64,000 nt of DNA from Trypanosoma brucei (Eukaryota), in NCBI GenBank assembly GCA_000002445.1, contig CP000071.1, forward strand, positions 736,001 to 800,000, written 5' to 3'. The notes beneath the pieces are model-generated. The model did no database searches and was not told the origin of the DNA. It saw only the letters and a program-made list of their open reading frames with translations. Below are positions 11,894-22,546 of this stretch, one piece after another (position 1 is the first letter of the stretch; each line of letters starts with the position of its first letter). The translations under genes and the position numbers were made by a program.

Positions 11894-12418
11894 AGGCTTT
11901 GATTTCATTACGTGAAAAACTCTCGCCACATTTGGTTCACCGCTCCCACATATGCAAAAGCTGGCCTTCGCCGGTCATCTTCGTTCCTCCCCTTTTGAAG
12001 GCAAGATGGCGCTTCCCTTTTGCGGGGGGCAAGTGAGACAAACCGAAAAAAAAAAGACAACATTTTTTTCTGGGCGTCCAGACCATGAAACCCGGAGAGT
12101 GGTCGAATTTCGTCTGTTTGTCCCTCTCTTTAGTATATTTTACGCAGGCTCGGGCTTTCCCTTCCGAAACGCTCATCCATCGCAACGCTAACATTCATGC
12201 AACTACAAATCTCATTGTGCCGTTACATCATCGCTTTAGCCCCCACTACTTACCTGCATTATATCTCTTATGTGCACATCCACATCTTCATCTTTCCTTC
12301 AATAGTTGTGCTCTTAGGGAGTGTAATTGACGCCTAGTGGATTTTGTTAGTTCCCTCCTCTACAAAATCGGGTGGTGCTCCTCTCACTTACTTAAACACG
12401 TAAACACATCAGTACGGG

Positions 12419-12763
12419 ATGGGCATAGAAACGTGGAAGGTTTTCCCGAGCATTCTCACGGAATACCCGAAGCATGGTGTTCCACTCCCTTGCTCGGATC
12501 AAAACCCACGCTTGAAATGCCCTGAGACGCGGTGGGCGAGAGATTTTTGCCTCGCACAGGGTGGTAACTGCGAGTATAAAATAGAGGCACATTTCGACTG
12601 TCTTGAGCAGTATTATCCACCAGAGAAGGTTATGCAGTTGCGCAAGGCATTTAAACCGAACACCTTGGACTACCCAACGAGCGACACGTACATTCGTTAT
12701 CGACATTTCTACATTGGTGCCGGTTGGATGGGGGGAAAGCGCGGGTGGGAAGGCACGGCGTAA
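12419..12763 (+). CDS. Twin Cx9C (CHCH-domain) small protein, a probable mitochondrial intermembrane-space or respiratory-complex accessory subunit
   Basis: Two exact Cx9C motifs, CPETRWARDFC and CEYKIEAHFDC, are separated by a short linker. The protein is 114 aa with an ATG start and a basic, Gly-rich tail. Confidence 0.55.
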   Translation: MGIETWKVFPSILTEYPKHGVPLPCSDQNPRLKCPETRWARDFCLAQGGNCEYKIEAHFDCLEQYYPPEKVMQLRKAFKPNTLDYPTSDTYIRYRHFYIGAGWMGGKRGWEGTA

Positions 12764-13260
12764 GGGTTGTGATGTTGTCATCTCCAAAGAGAAAAAAAAA
12801 AAGAAGGTTTCTTGTGCATTCTTGACCCTAGAAAGTACGGTTCTCTCCCAGGAGGTTGTTGTTCGTAGTTGAGGAAAAGCGTGGGTTGTGGTGCGTGTGG
12901 TAGCAAAACATGTAATCGTAGTAACACCTGATGGATGATAGCATGGCGGGAGGTTGTGAGAAGGGGAATAAATGTAAGGTCAGATTAGTAGGGAGAGACT
13001 TATATAAGAAGTTTTTTAGTGCTATGGCGGCTTTTTCTTCTCTCCCGCCGCAGGTCCATTCATACGTTTTTCATCGTTAAAATTTTTAGTTTAGCGTATG
13101 GTTGTTTGCCCGACGCTGAAGTGTAGCTGCACCGGTACGCCGCACACTTGCAGAGAAATTCGTGCGAGGAGGTCGCATTATGACGCGACCAAATGCAACG
13201 GTTGGAAGGACTGTTGCGTCTGGAGGAGGTGGAGTCCAAGAGAAGACACACTTAACCTGC

Positions 13261-13340
13261 CCCATCATCCTTTTTTTTTGTGTGTGTTGACCCCAACTGC
13301 TTCATCGTCCACCATCTCCCTTTCCCGCTTCCTTTCACGA
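13261..13340 (+). promoter_or_regulatory. Polypyrimidine tract upstream of the thiolase-like gene, a probable trans-splice signal
   Basis: The tract ccttttttttttgtgtgtgttgaccccaactgcttcatcgtccaccatctccctttcccgcttcctttcac is followed by AG dinucleotides and the ATG at 13535. Confidence 0.35.
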
Positions 13341-13534
13341 ATAGTTTGTGGACCGTGGTGCATATTACGGTTCTAGGGAAAGTGAGTAGTTACCGTCTAC
13401 GCTAGCTTTTTTACGCGGAAAGAAGCATACATTTGAAGCAAAAGTAGGTTTATTTAGAAGGGTAAAGGAACGAAAAGGCTCAAGTTTAAGAAAGGAACTA
13501 CTACAACAATTACAACAGGTTAATCAAAAGGATA

Positions 13535-14851
13535 ATGCTCCGTCGTACGTCCTCCACATTTTCAGCAAAGCGAGTATTTGTTGTGGGTGGGCATATTACA
13601 ACGTTTGTGGGCAAAGGGTCACCACTTTTTATCGATAAAAAACACCCCGATTTTGGCAAGAAGGAAAACAAAACACTGGAGGAACTTCTGGCAGAGAGCA
13701 TAAATGGAGCACTGCAAAACACGGGTCTGCACGACGGCCGTGCGGCGCTCGTTGACAAACTTGTCGTCGGAAACTTCCTTGGCGAGTTGTTCTCTTCTCA
13801 AGGGCACCTTGGTCCGGCAGCGGTTGGCAGTCTCTCCGGCAGCAACAGTTCTGCCTTCCTAAACAAACCAGCTGTGCGCGTCGAGGGTGCGTGTGCAAGT
13901 GGTGGCCTCGCTGTGCAGTCCGCATGGGAGGCACTACTCGCCGGTACTTCACAAATCGCCCTTGCTGTGGGTGTTGAGGTTCAGACAACCGTCTCTGCAC
14001 GTGTGGGTGGTGATTATCTCGCACGTGCAGCACACTACAAGCGCCAGCGACAGCTTGATGACTTCACGTTCCCCTGCCTCTTCGCAAGACGTATGAAGGC
14101 AATCCAGGAGGCGGGTCATTTTACGATGGAAGACGCAGCGTATGTGGCAGCGAAGGCTTACGCGAGTGGTAATCGGAACCCTCTGGCCCACATGCACGCG
14201 CGGAAGGTAACGTTAGACTTCTGCACACAAGCCTCCGACAAGAACCCTAACTTCCTTGGGAACGAAATATACAAGCCTTTCCTGCGGACCACGGACTGTT
14301 CACAGGTCAGTGATGGCGGAGCTGCGGTTATCCTCGCCAGTGAAGAAGGGTTGCAGAAGTTAGGCCTTTCACCCAACGACAACCGCCTCGTTGAAATCAA
14401 ATCTCTCGCCAGCGCAGCCGGTAACCTCTATGAGGACTCACCAGATCTTACACGAATGACTACTTCCATGGTTGCGGCGCGAACTGCCCTTTCGATGGCT
14501 GGCGTGAAGCCCGAGCAACTTCAGGTTGCAGAGGTGCATGACTGCTTTACCATCGCTGAGCTGCTAATGTATGAGGCCCTCGGTATTGCAGAGTACGGGG
14601 GTGCGGGGGCCCTCATCCGCAGTGGGGCAACGGCACTTGATGGTCGCATTCCAGTCAACACCGGGGGCGGTTTGTTGTCGTTCGGCCATCCGGTAGGAGC
14701 CACTGGCGTGAAGCAGGTGCTGGAGGTGTACCGGCAGATGAAGGGCCAATGTGGGGAATACCAAATGAAGAACATCCCCGGGATTGGCGCCACGCTTAAC
14801 ATGGGTGGTGATGACAAGACTGCAGTGTCTATGGTGCTAACGAATATCTAA
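13535..14851 (+). CDS. Thiolase-like protein (SCP2-type 3-ketoacyl-CoA thiolase / acetyl-CoA C-acyltransferase family)
   Basis: It has the N-terminal catalytic Cys motif VEGACASGG and the C-terminal thiolase motifs NTGGGLLSFGHPVGATG. The protein is 438 aa. Confidence 0.85.
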   Translation: MLRRTSSTFSAKRVFVVGGHITTFVGKGSPLFIDKKHPDFGKKENKTLEELLAESINGALQNTGLHDGRAALVDKLVVGNFLGELFSSQGHLGPAAVGSLSGSNSSAFLNKPAVRVEGACASGGLAVQSAWEALLAGTSQIALAVGVEVQTTVSARVGGDYLARAAHYKRQRQLDDFTFPCLFARRMKAIQEAGHFTMEDAAYVAAKAYASGNRNPLAHMHARKVTLDFCTQASDKNPNFLGNEIYKPFLRTTDCSQVSDGGAAVILASEEGLQKLGLSPNDNRLVEIKSLASAAGNLYEDSPDLTRMTTSMVAARTALSMAGVKPEQLQVAEVHDCFTIAELLMYEALGIAEYGGAGALIRSGATALDGRIPVNTGGGLLSFGHPVGATGVKQVLEVYRQMKGQCGEYQMKNIPGIGATLNMGGDDKTAVSMVLTNI

Positions 14852-15685
14852 ACAGGCAGCGACGAAGAAGAACTGTTGCGAAAGGAAAGTAAATCCGCAC
14901 CCAACCACTCCCCTCCTCCCGCCCCCGGGGGGAAGCAAGGAAACATGTGATTGAAGACCACCACACCTCTACCGCGGCAACCGGGGGTGCCACGGTGGAC
15001 TGCAGGGGTGTGGTGCTCATAATGGATTCGTCTGTTTACTTTTACTGAATTTTCTGTTTTTTCTTTATTTCTTATTTTTCACACCTGGTTACTTTGCCAG
15101 TGGTGCCCGCTGAAATCTTTCTTGTGCTTGATGGGACCAAGTGACTGTCTAACACTGAATCGTACACCACAGGAGGGGGATGGAACTGAGGTAACGCAGT
15201 GGCACGCTCACGAAGCGTGTTAGGATACGGTATTACGAAGAAAACGGGTGGACGGAAAGAGAGGTGACCAACACCCCAACAGGATGATGTTCTTTATTGT
15301 GTCCACTTACTAGAGGGCTCTGTGATGCCAGCGCATTAGTTGTGCGGGGTTTTGACTATTCAATTGCTCATTTCCTTATCTTTCCTCTTCCACCTAATTG
15401 ACCTTTGGTTCCACTACTGCACTTCTACCTTTTCCGTTCACCATCAGGCCTACGGAACCTCTTTCAACCACCCTCACAATCTCTGCAATAATACCACGCG
15501 GGGGCGCACCTCGCATCGATACGCACCAATGACGCCTGTCGTGGGGCACGTGTACGTTAAACGGCGCTGCATCACACGCACCTCTCTCCCTCCTCGTTTA
15601 TTTACTTGGTAATAAATACCGACGTGCCTCTTATCTGAAGAAAATAATATACAAGAGACAAGGCGGGACACGCAACACTACAAGG

Positions 15686-17575
15686 ATGCTCCGCATCACC
15701 TTACCATCACAGCAAGTTTCCAAGCGGCTAGTTGCAAAGTTGGCCTCCATGTCTGGTGTAAAGGGTGCAACGGCAACTAATGCTAAGGGAAATGACGCTG
15801 CTTCACAGGCAATGGAAGCACCAGCAGTCGTACCACCTTCCAGAGAAACCCCCAAAAGTACCCTGCCGAGGGTAGGAGCAAGAGCAGCCGTTCCGGTGGG
15901 TGGCGCAGGCGTGCACTCGGATGCATTGAGGCAAGGTACGCTAAGAGCGGCAACGCCAATAAAGCCCTCAGTTGCCGCTGCGGCGGCGTCAGTGTACGAA
16001 ACACGTATCAACGCCCCAGCACCCAATATCCGCAATGGCGAAGCTGATGGACAGCAACTACCGCAAAAAAAGACACTGAGGAGACGGAAAAGGTTGATCA
16101 GGGTGTCAACCAGGCGTCGCGTACGTCAAAATACCGCCAAAGTCCCAGAAGATATGGAAGAGGAACCTATTGTGGAAGATGTGGAAGACCCATTCGTCGA
16201 TCAGGAGGAACACGAGGAGGAGCCCGTGGCCGCTGCGCCTCGAGAAAAGCGCCAGCAGCCTCGACCTGAGCGGGTAAAAGGACGGCCGGAAGCGAAAACA
16301 GTAGACAGACAACCGGAGATTAAAAAAACGGAACCTTCACCAGCCGCCTCATACGCTGCATACGAGCATGACAGAATTTCTGGTACGTCTCTTCACGGGA
16401 AAACACCGATGATTAAGGCCTTCCGTATCGAAGACGTACTCGCGGCGTGCACGCCTAGTGACGGTGTATTCGCCCGCCGGCTTCCGCAAGGGGGTTGTCA
16501 GTTCTTCGCATGGCCGGGCACCCCACTTGCCGTCGCTAGTAGCGCCGTGGCAAACATGCCGGAGACCATCCGGACCGTCCACGCCATATTTGGGCGAGAA
16601 AAAACGCCGATGGACTTGGTGCTGGATATCGACTGCCCCGTTCCACAGGAGCACTGGAGCATGTCAAAAGTTCGGCCGTTTCAGAAAAAGGTGTTGGACG
16701 ACGTGATGAATGTGATTGTGGAGGAAATTGAAGCAATTGGTGAGGAGATTGAGTCCCAGGTTGTGCTTCAGTCACCAAATCTCAAGAAGGTTTCCTTCCA
16801 CGTGCATACCAAGCTTAAGGATGCCGCCTTTGAAGATTACAATTCCCTACACGGATTCCTGCACCAGTTCCACAAGAGAATACCGGCCGTGGACCTGCAA
16901 ATCTACCGCTCCAACGGTATGCTCCGTATGCACCGTTGTATGAAGGAGAATCACACCAGCGCTATTGTGGTTTTTGAAGACAAGGACTGGAATATCGGTT
17001 TCCCAGACGGTATTGTACCGGACGCGAAAGCTGCCCTTCACTCCGCCTGCATCCGTGAAGAGGGAACGTACTCCCGTCTGCTGCACTTTGACCCGCCGCG
17101 CAACTTCCCAACGGCGTTTGAGAACTCCGGGGCCAACGGCAGCGGTGCCGCAGAGGATAAAAAAATCAAAGTCCTCCTTCCGCGCACGGAGCGTGAGGCA
17201 GTTGAAAACGCATCGCGATGGCTCCGTGAGGGAACCCGCGAGGCAGACGTTGACGAATGGCGCTCATGGATCCGGCTTGGTATCAATGCATACCGCGTGG
17301 CGTATCACTTCCGGGACGCAATGACGTTACAGCGGCCAGCACTGGAAGAGCTCCTTGACGCATGGGTGGAGGCGAGCAAGAAATGCCCAGCGAAGTTCAA
17401 ACCTGGTGTGTGCGAGGCCCGATGGGCAACATTTGATATTAACAGACTCTCGAAGTTTGACGATAATGAGTGGTGGCCATCATACCAACGCATTGGAAGG
17501 ACGGCGATGTTGAATGAAGCGGCAGACGCGGCAAACCGCGGTGGTGCCAACGGCATCCCTCCACAAGGAGCGTAA
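15686..17575 (+). CDS. PRI1: Archaeo-eukaryotic primase (AEP) superfamily protein of NCLDV/herpes-pox type, consistent with the kinetoplastid mitochondrial DNA primase PRI1
   Basis: AEP motif I hhDhD is present as MDLVLDIDC. Motif II sxH is present as KVSFHVHTK. Motif III is present as VDLQIYRSNGMLRMHRCMK. A C-terminal helical PriCT-like region (WRSWIRLGINAYRVAYHFRD...) follows. The protein is ~70 kDa and lies immediately downstream of the thiolase, as I recall for T. brucei chr8. Confidence 0.65.
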   Translation: MLRITLPSQQVSKRLVAKLASMSGVKGATATNAKGNDAASQAMEAPAVVPPSRETPKSTLPRVGARAAVPVGGAGVHSDALRQGTLRAATPIKPSVAAAAASVYETRINAPAPNIRNGEADGQQLPQKKTLRRRKRLIRVSTRRRVRQNTAKVPEDMEEEPIVEDVEDPFVDQEEHEEEPVAAAPREKRQQPRPERVKGRPEAKTVDRQPEIKKTEPSPAASYAAYEHDRISGTSLHGKTPMIKAFRIEDVLAACTPSDGVFARRLPQGGCQFFAWPGTPLAVASSAVANMPETIRTVHAIFGREKTPMDLVLDIDCPVPQEHWSMSKVRPFQKKVLDDVMNVIVEEIEAIGEEIESQVVLQSPNLKKVSFHVHTKLKDAAFEDYNSLHGFLHQFHKRIPAVDLQIYRSNGMLRMHRCMKENHTSAIVVFEDKDWNIGFPDGIVPDAKAALHSACIREEGTYSRLLHFDPPRNFPTAFENSGANGSGAAEDKKIKVLLPRTEREAVENASRWLREGTREADVDEWRSWIRLGINAYRVAYHFRDAMTLQRPALEELLDAWVEASKKCPAKFKPGVCEARWATFDINRLSKFDDNEWWPSYQRIGRTAMLNEAADAANRGGANGIPPQGA

Positions 17576-18558
17576 TCGTAGCGACATAAGTTTGTGGCAG
17601 CACAGGGAAGGAGGGGGACATGAATGGATGGAGAAAAGAAAAATTGAAAAAAAAAGAAAAAGAAAAAGAAAGGAAACAAAGGTGAGCCGTCATTTTTTCT
17701 TTTTCTCCACCCTGTGCTCACACTCGTTTTTATACACTCCGTGCGTTTTTATCATAGAGGTTTTACTCTCTTTTTTTTAAAAAAAAAAAGAGGGGGAGAA
17801 GAAAAGATTGTCGTCTTTGGATGGCCATCATGATAATTCGGGACGGGGCAGAGGGGGGAGAAGCCGGTGTCGCTGCCAACCACTGTTACCATAACCTCAA
17901 TCTCAACAGCATAGGACTGATGAAAGAGGGAAGAAAAATACCCAGCAAAGGGGGAAATATGCAAAGGGATGAAAAAAAGGATAAATAAACTTTTTCTTTG
18001 GGGATGAGGAATGCAGTGGTGCGTTACATAGCGACAGCATCTCTCTCTTTTTTTTTTTTGTAAATGTTTGTTGGTTCGATCATAGAAGAGATTCGAAGAA
18101 GGAAAAAAAAACTGTTTTCTTTTGAATATGGGAGTCTCAGATGTCTTGTGCACGCCTCAAGGGACATGAAGAATGCACTTGAAGCATGCGTAAATATTCA
18201 CTCCCTCTTTTCCTGTATGCATTTGCGATGTTACGTCATACATGTGTTTCTCCAAAAGAGAAAGAAAAGTTTTAAAAAGAAAAAAAAAGAAAAGAAAAGA
18301 AAATGTCTCTTTCCTTGTTTTTGAGGAAGCCATAGATTTTTTTTAAAAAAAAGAAAAAGGAATGAATAGAAGAGGATGAAGGGAGACAAGGTGATGAGTG
18401 TGGTGTGGTTGGCTGACTCCCTACGCTTTGTTTTGTTTTTGTTTTTGTGTGTTAGAGAGAGGAAAGAGGGGGTGATAAAAAAAAAATAGATAAATAAAAA
18501 GAAAAGAAGTAACACATGTTTATAACAGCAGTTGAGCAAGAAAGGGAGAAAAAAAAAA

Positions 18559-18577
18559 GAGAGAGAGAGAGAGAGAG
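18559..18577. repeat. (GA)n microsatellite
   Basis: The run is gagagagagagagagagag. Confidence 0.85.
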
Positions 18578-19347
18578 CATCGGGGAAAAGGCAGCTATCG
18601 GATGCCTTTCGTTTGGTTTTCACAAGTCTGTGTTTTTCTGCTCTCCACACGTGTTCCCTGAAAAATAACCCCTTTGGGATCTCCTCTTTCCTTCACAGTG
18701 AACACGCATATACAGACACAAACATACAAGCGTACATTAACACAATAGAGCCTCATGCACATCCTGCTTTGTTATCTGTCATTTATTTTGAGGCGGCGGG
18801 CGTTTGCCCTTGTTTTCATCCACTGACTTTCCTTTCATTGTTGCTTTTTGTGTTTCTCCTTTTTTTTTTTATTGGTGTTTTTTTTTTTCCTTGTTCGTGG
18901 TTGTTTTATACAATTTGTATCCCCTTCTTTCCTTTTGTTTTTCGTTTCTGTTTTGCCCGCTTAATACCTCCACCGTCTCTTCCTTCGCCATTTTGTCGTG
19001 GGTTGAGGCTCCTTGCGACAGAACCTTCGTGTCAACGCCATTCCTGCAACTTCCACCTTTCCATAATTCTACCAAACTTTCGTCATTTTGTTACTATTAT
19101 CATTATTATTGTTATTATTAATGTTGCCGCTTCCTCTCATTACCTTTAAGTGTAGGATTGAAAATGGCGGAAAAAAGCAGATGAAAGGAGGAACTCGTGT
19201 GCGGGACGTGCCCTTGACGCTACAGGAACTCCCTACGAAATTCAAGGGTTCATGTTTCAGAGACTATATTTATTTATTTTTTAACGCTTCGTGGCGCAAA
19301 GCACATGCATTTCCGTCGCTTCTCTCTGGTTAGAGCGGATGTGTTGT

Positions 19348-19470
19348 TTCGTTATTATTATTATTTTTTCCTTTTTCTTTTTCTTTTTTGCTTTATTTGT
19401 GTGTGTTTACTTTCCTGTTCTCTCAGTAACTTCCCCCTTCATCCTTTCTGTCTCTCTTTTAACATGCTGT
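19348..19470 (+). promoter_or_regulatory. Long polypyrimidine tract upstream of the Dim1 homologue
   Basis: The tract is ttattattattttttcctttttctttttcttttttgctttatttgtgtgtgtttactttcctgttctctcag ... Confidence 0.35.
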
Positions 19471-19589
19471 GCCGTTGTGTCCCTTAGCCTGTGAGCGCAC
19501 GTGCGCAAAGGGCTAACTGAAATTGTGGATACATCAGGCTTGGTATAGGGAAGTTTCCATTGCTTTTTTTTAAAAAAAAAAACTTTTTT

Positions 19590-20057
19590 ATGACGGAGTT
19601 GACACGCCTACACTCCGCCTGGGATGTTGACCGGCATATTGTGCTTGAAGGCGAGAAACTTGTACTTATCCGCTTCAGTCATTACGGTGAAGCGACGGAG
19701 CAGGAAGAAGACATGGCACACACACTTTCCACACGCCAAATAGATGAAGTACTTGTCGCACTCGCACCAAAGGTACGGAAGTATTGCACAATTTATGTTG
19801 TGTCTACGCTGGAGGTGCCTGAGTTCAACGTCATGTATGAATTGGGTCACAGCAGAGAGCCCTTCGCCGTGATGTTCTTTTACCGAAACGCACATATCCG
19901 TGTGGATGTGGGGACGGGGAACAATAATAAAATCAATTTTGTTGTATCGGAAGATGAACTGTTATCCATCGCTGACGCAGCGTACCGTGCGGGGAGAAGT
20001 GGAAAGACGATAGCATACTCGGAAAAGAAATTCACAACAGCTGCTGTACGCCGTTAG
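19590..20057 (+). CDS. DIM1: Dim1/TXNL4-family thioredoxin-like protein, a component of the U4/U6.U5 tri-snRNP
   Basis: It aligns along its whole length to Dim1. The pattern is L..W.VD..I..E...V.IRF.H, then IY.V...EVP.FN.MYEL, then MFF.RN.HI.VD.GTGNNNKIN. The track start at 19560 is a TTG; the ATG is at 19590. Confidence 0.8.
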   Translation: MTELTRLHSAWDVDRHIVLEGEKLVLIRFSHYGEATEQEEDMAHTLSTRQIDEVLVALAPKVRKYCTIYVVSTLEVPEFNVMYELGHSREPFAVMFFYRNAHIRVDVGTGNNNKINFVVSEDELLSIADAAYRAGRSGKTIAYSEKKFTTAAVRR

Positions 20058-20525
20058 TGCTGTCTTTAGTGTCGCCCATGTGTCATTAAGTTGCGCAAGT
20101 GGGAACTACAGTTGGGGAGAGAATATTTTTCTTTCGTTTCCCTCATCACATATTTTCTTCTTCACCCACAACACCCACATACGTTCACGCACGTTATGAC
20201 TTTAAAAAAAAAAACTAAGTATATGTAAACCGTTGTTATTTTCTGCTGAAGAATTGTATGACACACGCCTTTCCCTACTTCTGTTGCCTCTCTCAGATTT
20301 TTTCACTTGCCCCAGGTAAACAGGTGGAGGGGAAGAGCATTACGTATTTCCTCCCAAAGGTGTGGGGGTTAAGTTCAACATAACGTGGTACCGTTACACG
20401 TGAAAGAACGGAAACAAATAAGGAGAAAAAGGAAAAGAAAAAAAAAGTTGTGCTCCTCAACGGTCTATCGAAAGGGCAACAACAACAACTGTAACAGCAA
20501 ACGCGGGAGTAAAAGGACACAGAAA

Positions 20526-21827
20526 ATGGCAAGGTTTCAATCTTCTGTGGTTTCCCGTGCGCCGGCATTTACATTTGTTATGTTTTCACTGGTAGCGGCG
20601 GGAGTTCCAAGAGTTATTCCTGGAGCTGATGGCTCCGTAGCCACTGAAACGAAGGGAAAGGGTGGGGCTGTCCGTGAAAACAGGGAGGGCAAATGTGCTT
20701 CCAGGATTGTGTCATATTTAAGGCGTGCCGTTACGCAGCGGGCGGAACTTACACAGCGAGAGTTACGGGCCCGTGCAAACCTCAACGAAGCGCGCAGTGT
20801 AGCCTTAGAGGAGGAAGACGGCCAGCGGGAGCCAAAGAATGACACACATCAACGTATCATGGAGGCCTGGGGTGTTGTAGGAGCTGTTAATGACGATATT
20901 ATCCGTTTCAACGAGAGGACGATTAAACAACATGGAGACGTGCCGTGTGTGTGCATTAACGAAGTGTTCGGCGGGCCGGACATCAGGGCTGCGGGCGCCG
21001 CCACCTCATGGAAGGAAATAGTGTTGCTGCAGATGGATCTTCTTTTCATGTATTGGAAACTATATTGGGAAACGCTGCACGGCGTGTGGCTGTTTACATT
21101 TGAGGAATATGCGCCGTACGAGAAGCTCTACGGCGACACGGTGGGGCACTATCAGCGGAAAGTGCAGGAACTGAGGACAGAATTGGAACGCACCAGCACC
21201 CTTAGCGCTGACAAGGATGTCAACCCGCTGGTGGGCTTTGCGCACTTGGCTCTCACACACACGAAGATCTGGACCTACAGTGCAGTACCCTGGGTAACTC
21301 AAATTACTGTGGTTCTTTTTGTGCTCTTGTTTCTGCCTTTTATTATGAGTGCCACCGTACTTTCCAACTTTGTGTGGCGGTTGTGGCTACAGCTGTTCGT
21401 CGCACATCATGTATACGGATTAACAGCGGATGGGATCCTCGACTCGCTCCGGGAGTACATCAGTCTTGTCACAAGTCAAAAGTGGAAGGAACTGCAGGGG
21501 CGCTTAATAACTGGACTCTCGGCACTCGCATTCGGTGGTAGTTGTGGTACCTTTTTCAGCCTCCTCCCTGCCATGATATTCATTTTTGCTACCGTTGTGT
21601 TCATGGTTACGCTCATGTGCGTGTGGACCAGGCTGCCGCTTATGTTGCTTTTATTTTGTGAAGAAGCAGAGGCAGAACGCTCGGTTAAGCTTGCTCCAGC
21701 TGATGTGAAAAACAAGCAGTCGGACGTAAAAAGTAAAAATGGTGGGGGCTCGGAAAAGACCACCGCTACTAAAGGTAAAAGGAACTTAAAAAAGGGCCCC
21801 AATGACACCGAAAAGTGCAAATCGTAG
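20526..21827 (+). CDS. Hypothetical multi-pass membrane protein
   Basis: A signal or anchor-like segment follows the N-terminus (MARFQSSVVSRAPAFTFVMFSLVAAGV), and several C-terminal TM helices are present. The track start at 20385 is a GTG; the first ATG is at 20526. Confidence 0.5.
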   Translation: MARFQSSVVSRAPAFTFVMFSLVAAGVPRVIPGADGSVATETKGKGGAVRENREGKCASRIVSYLRRAVTQRAELTQRELRARANLNEARSVALEEEDGQREPKNDTHQRIMEAWGVVGAVNDDIIRFNERTIKQHGDVPCVCINEVFGGPDIRAAGAATSWKEIVLLQMDLLFMYWKLYWETLHGVWLFTFEEYAPYEKLYGDTVGHYQRKVQELRTELERTSTLSADKDVNPLVGFAHLALTHTKIWTYSAVPWVTQITVVLFVLLFLPFIMSATVLSNFVWRLWLQLFVAHHVYGLTADGILDSLREYISLVTSQKWKELQGRLITGLSALAFGGSCGTFFSLLPAMIFIFATVVFMVTLMCVWTRLPLMLLLFCEEAEAERSVKLAPADVKNKQSDVKSKNGGGSEKTTATKGKRNLKKGPNDTEKCKS

Positions 21828-22546
21828 CGCGGGGTAGCATCCCGTGGATTCTCAGTGGTGGTGGTGGTGAAAACATTAGTAGATTGTTTTTTTTTCTCCC
21901 TGTTTTTTATCTTTTGGAGGGGTTCGTGTCGCAATACGAGGGGTAATGGTGGTTGGTGATATTGGGCGACTGTCACTGGTAGGTTGGCATCTTAAAAAAG
22001 GGAACGGGAATGGGAAATAATGTCGTGGGGGTGTTTGAAAGGCGCTCTCGTATCGCATTGTAGCCGACTCGCATTCGATTAATTTCCCCCCTCTTCTTCC
22101 TTTGACGGCCCGTGTGGCACATTTTGCGGTGCACGCGCATGAACGAATGTAATGGTATTTTCCAAGTGCTCTACTGCGTTGAGGAGTCTTGGTTGCGAGC
22201 GCCACCAACTGCAACAACAAGTTACGTGGTGGTGTGGCGTGCCAAAGCTGGCGTGCATGTGTGTTTGCATATTCCGTTATCGGCATTTATATTACTCTGC
22301 AGTTTCCGTAACTGCATACACACCCCAGTATTTTTTTCCTTTGTTCTAAAAATTAAAAAAAAATAGTCCGTGGCGGTGCTCCTGCTTTTCAGCTCGCATG
22401 GGAAAGAAATATTGCCTTTTTCGGTGTGGTGCTGCTGTCGTTTTGATTTCTCCTTCTATTCCTACACTTCTTCTTTCATCCATAACATCTTAATTATACA
22501 TATGCATATATATATGCATATTCTTGTGGTGAAAGTACTCCGCTTG

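Noticed and set aside
18532-19333. ORFs 18532..19149, 18804..19121 and 19088..19333.
   Set aside because: They are polypyrimidine and poly-purine tract artefacts upstream of the Dim1 gene, with low-complexity FFFLL-type products.
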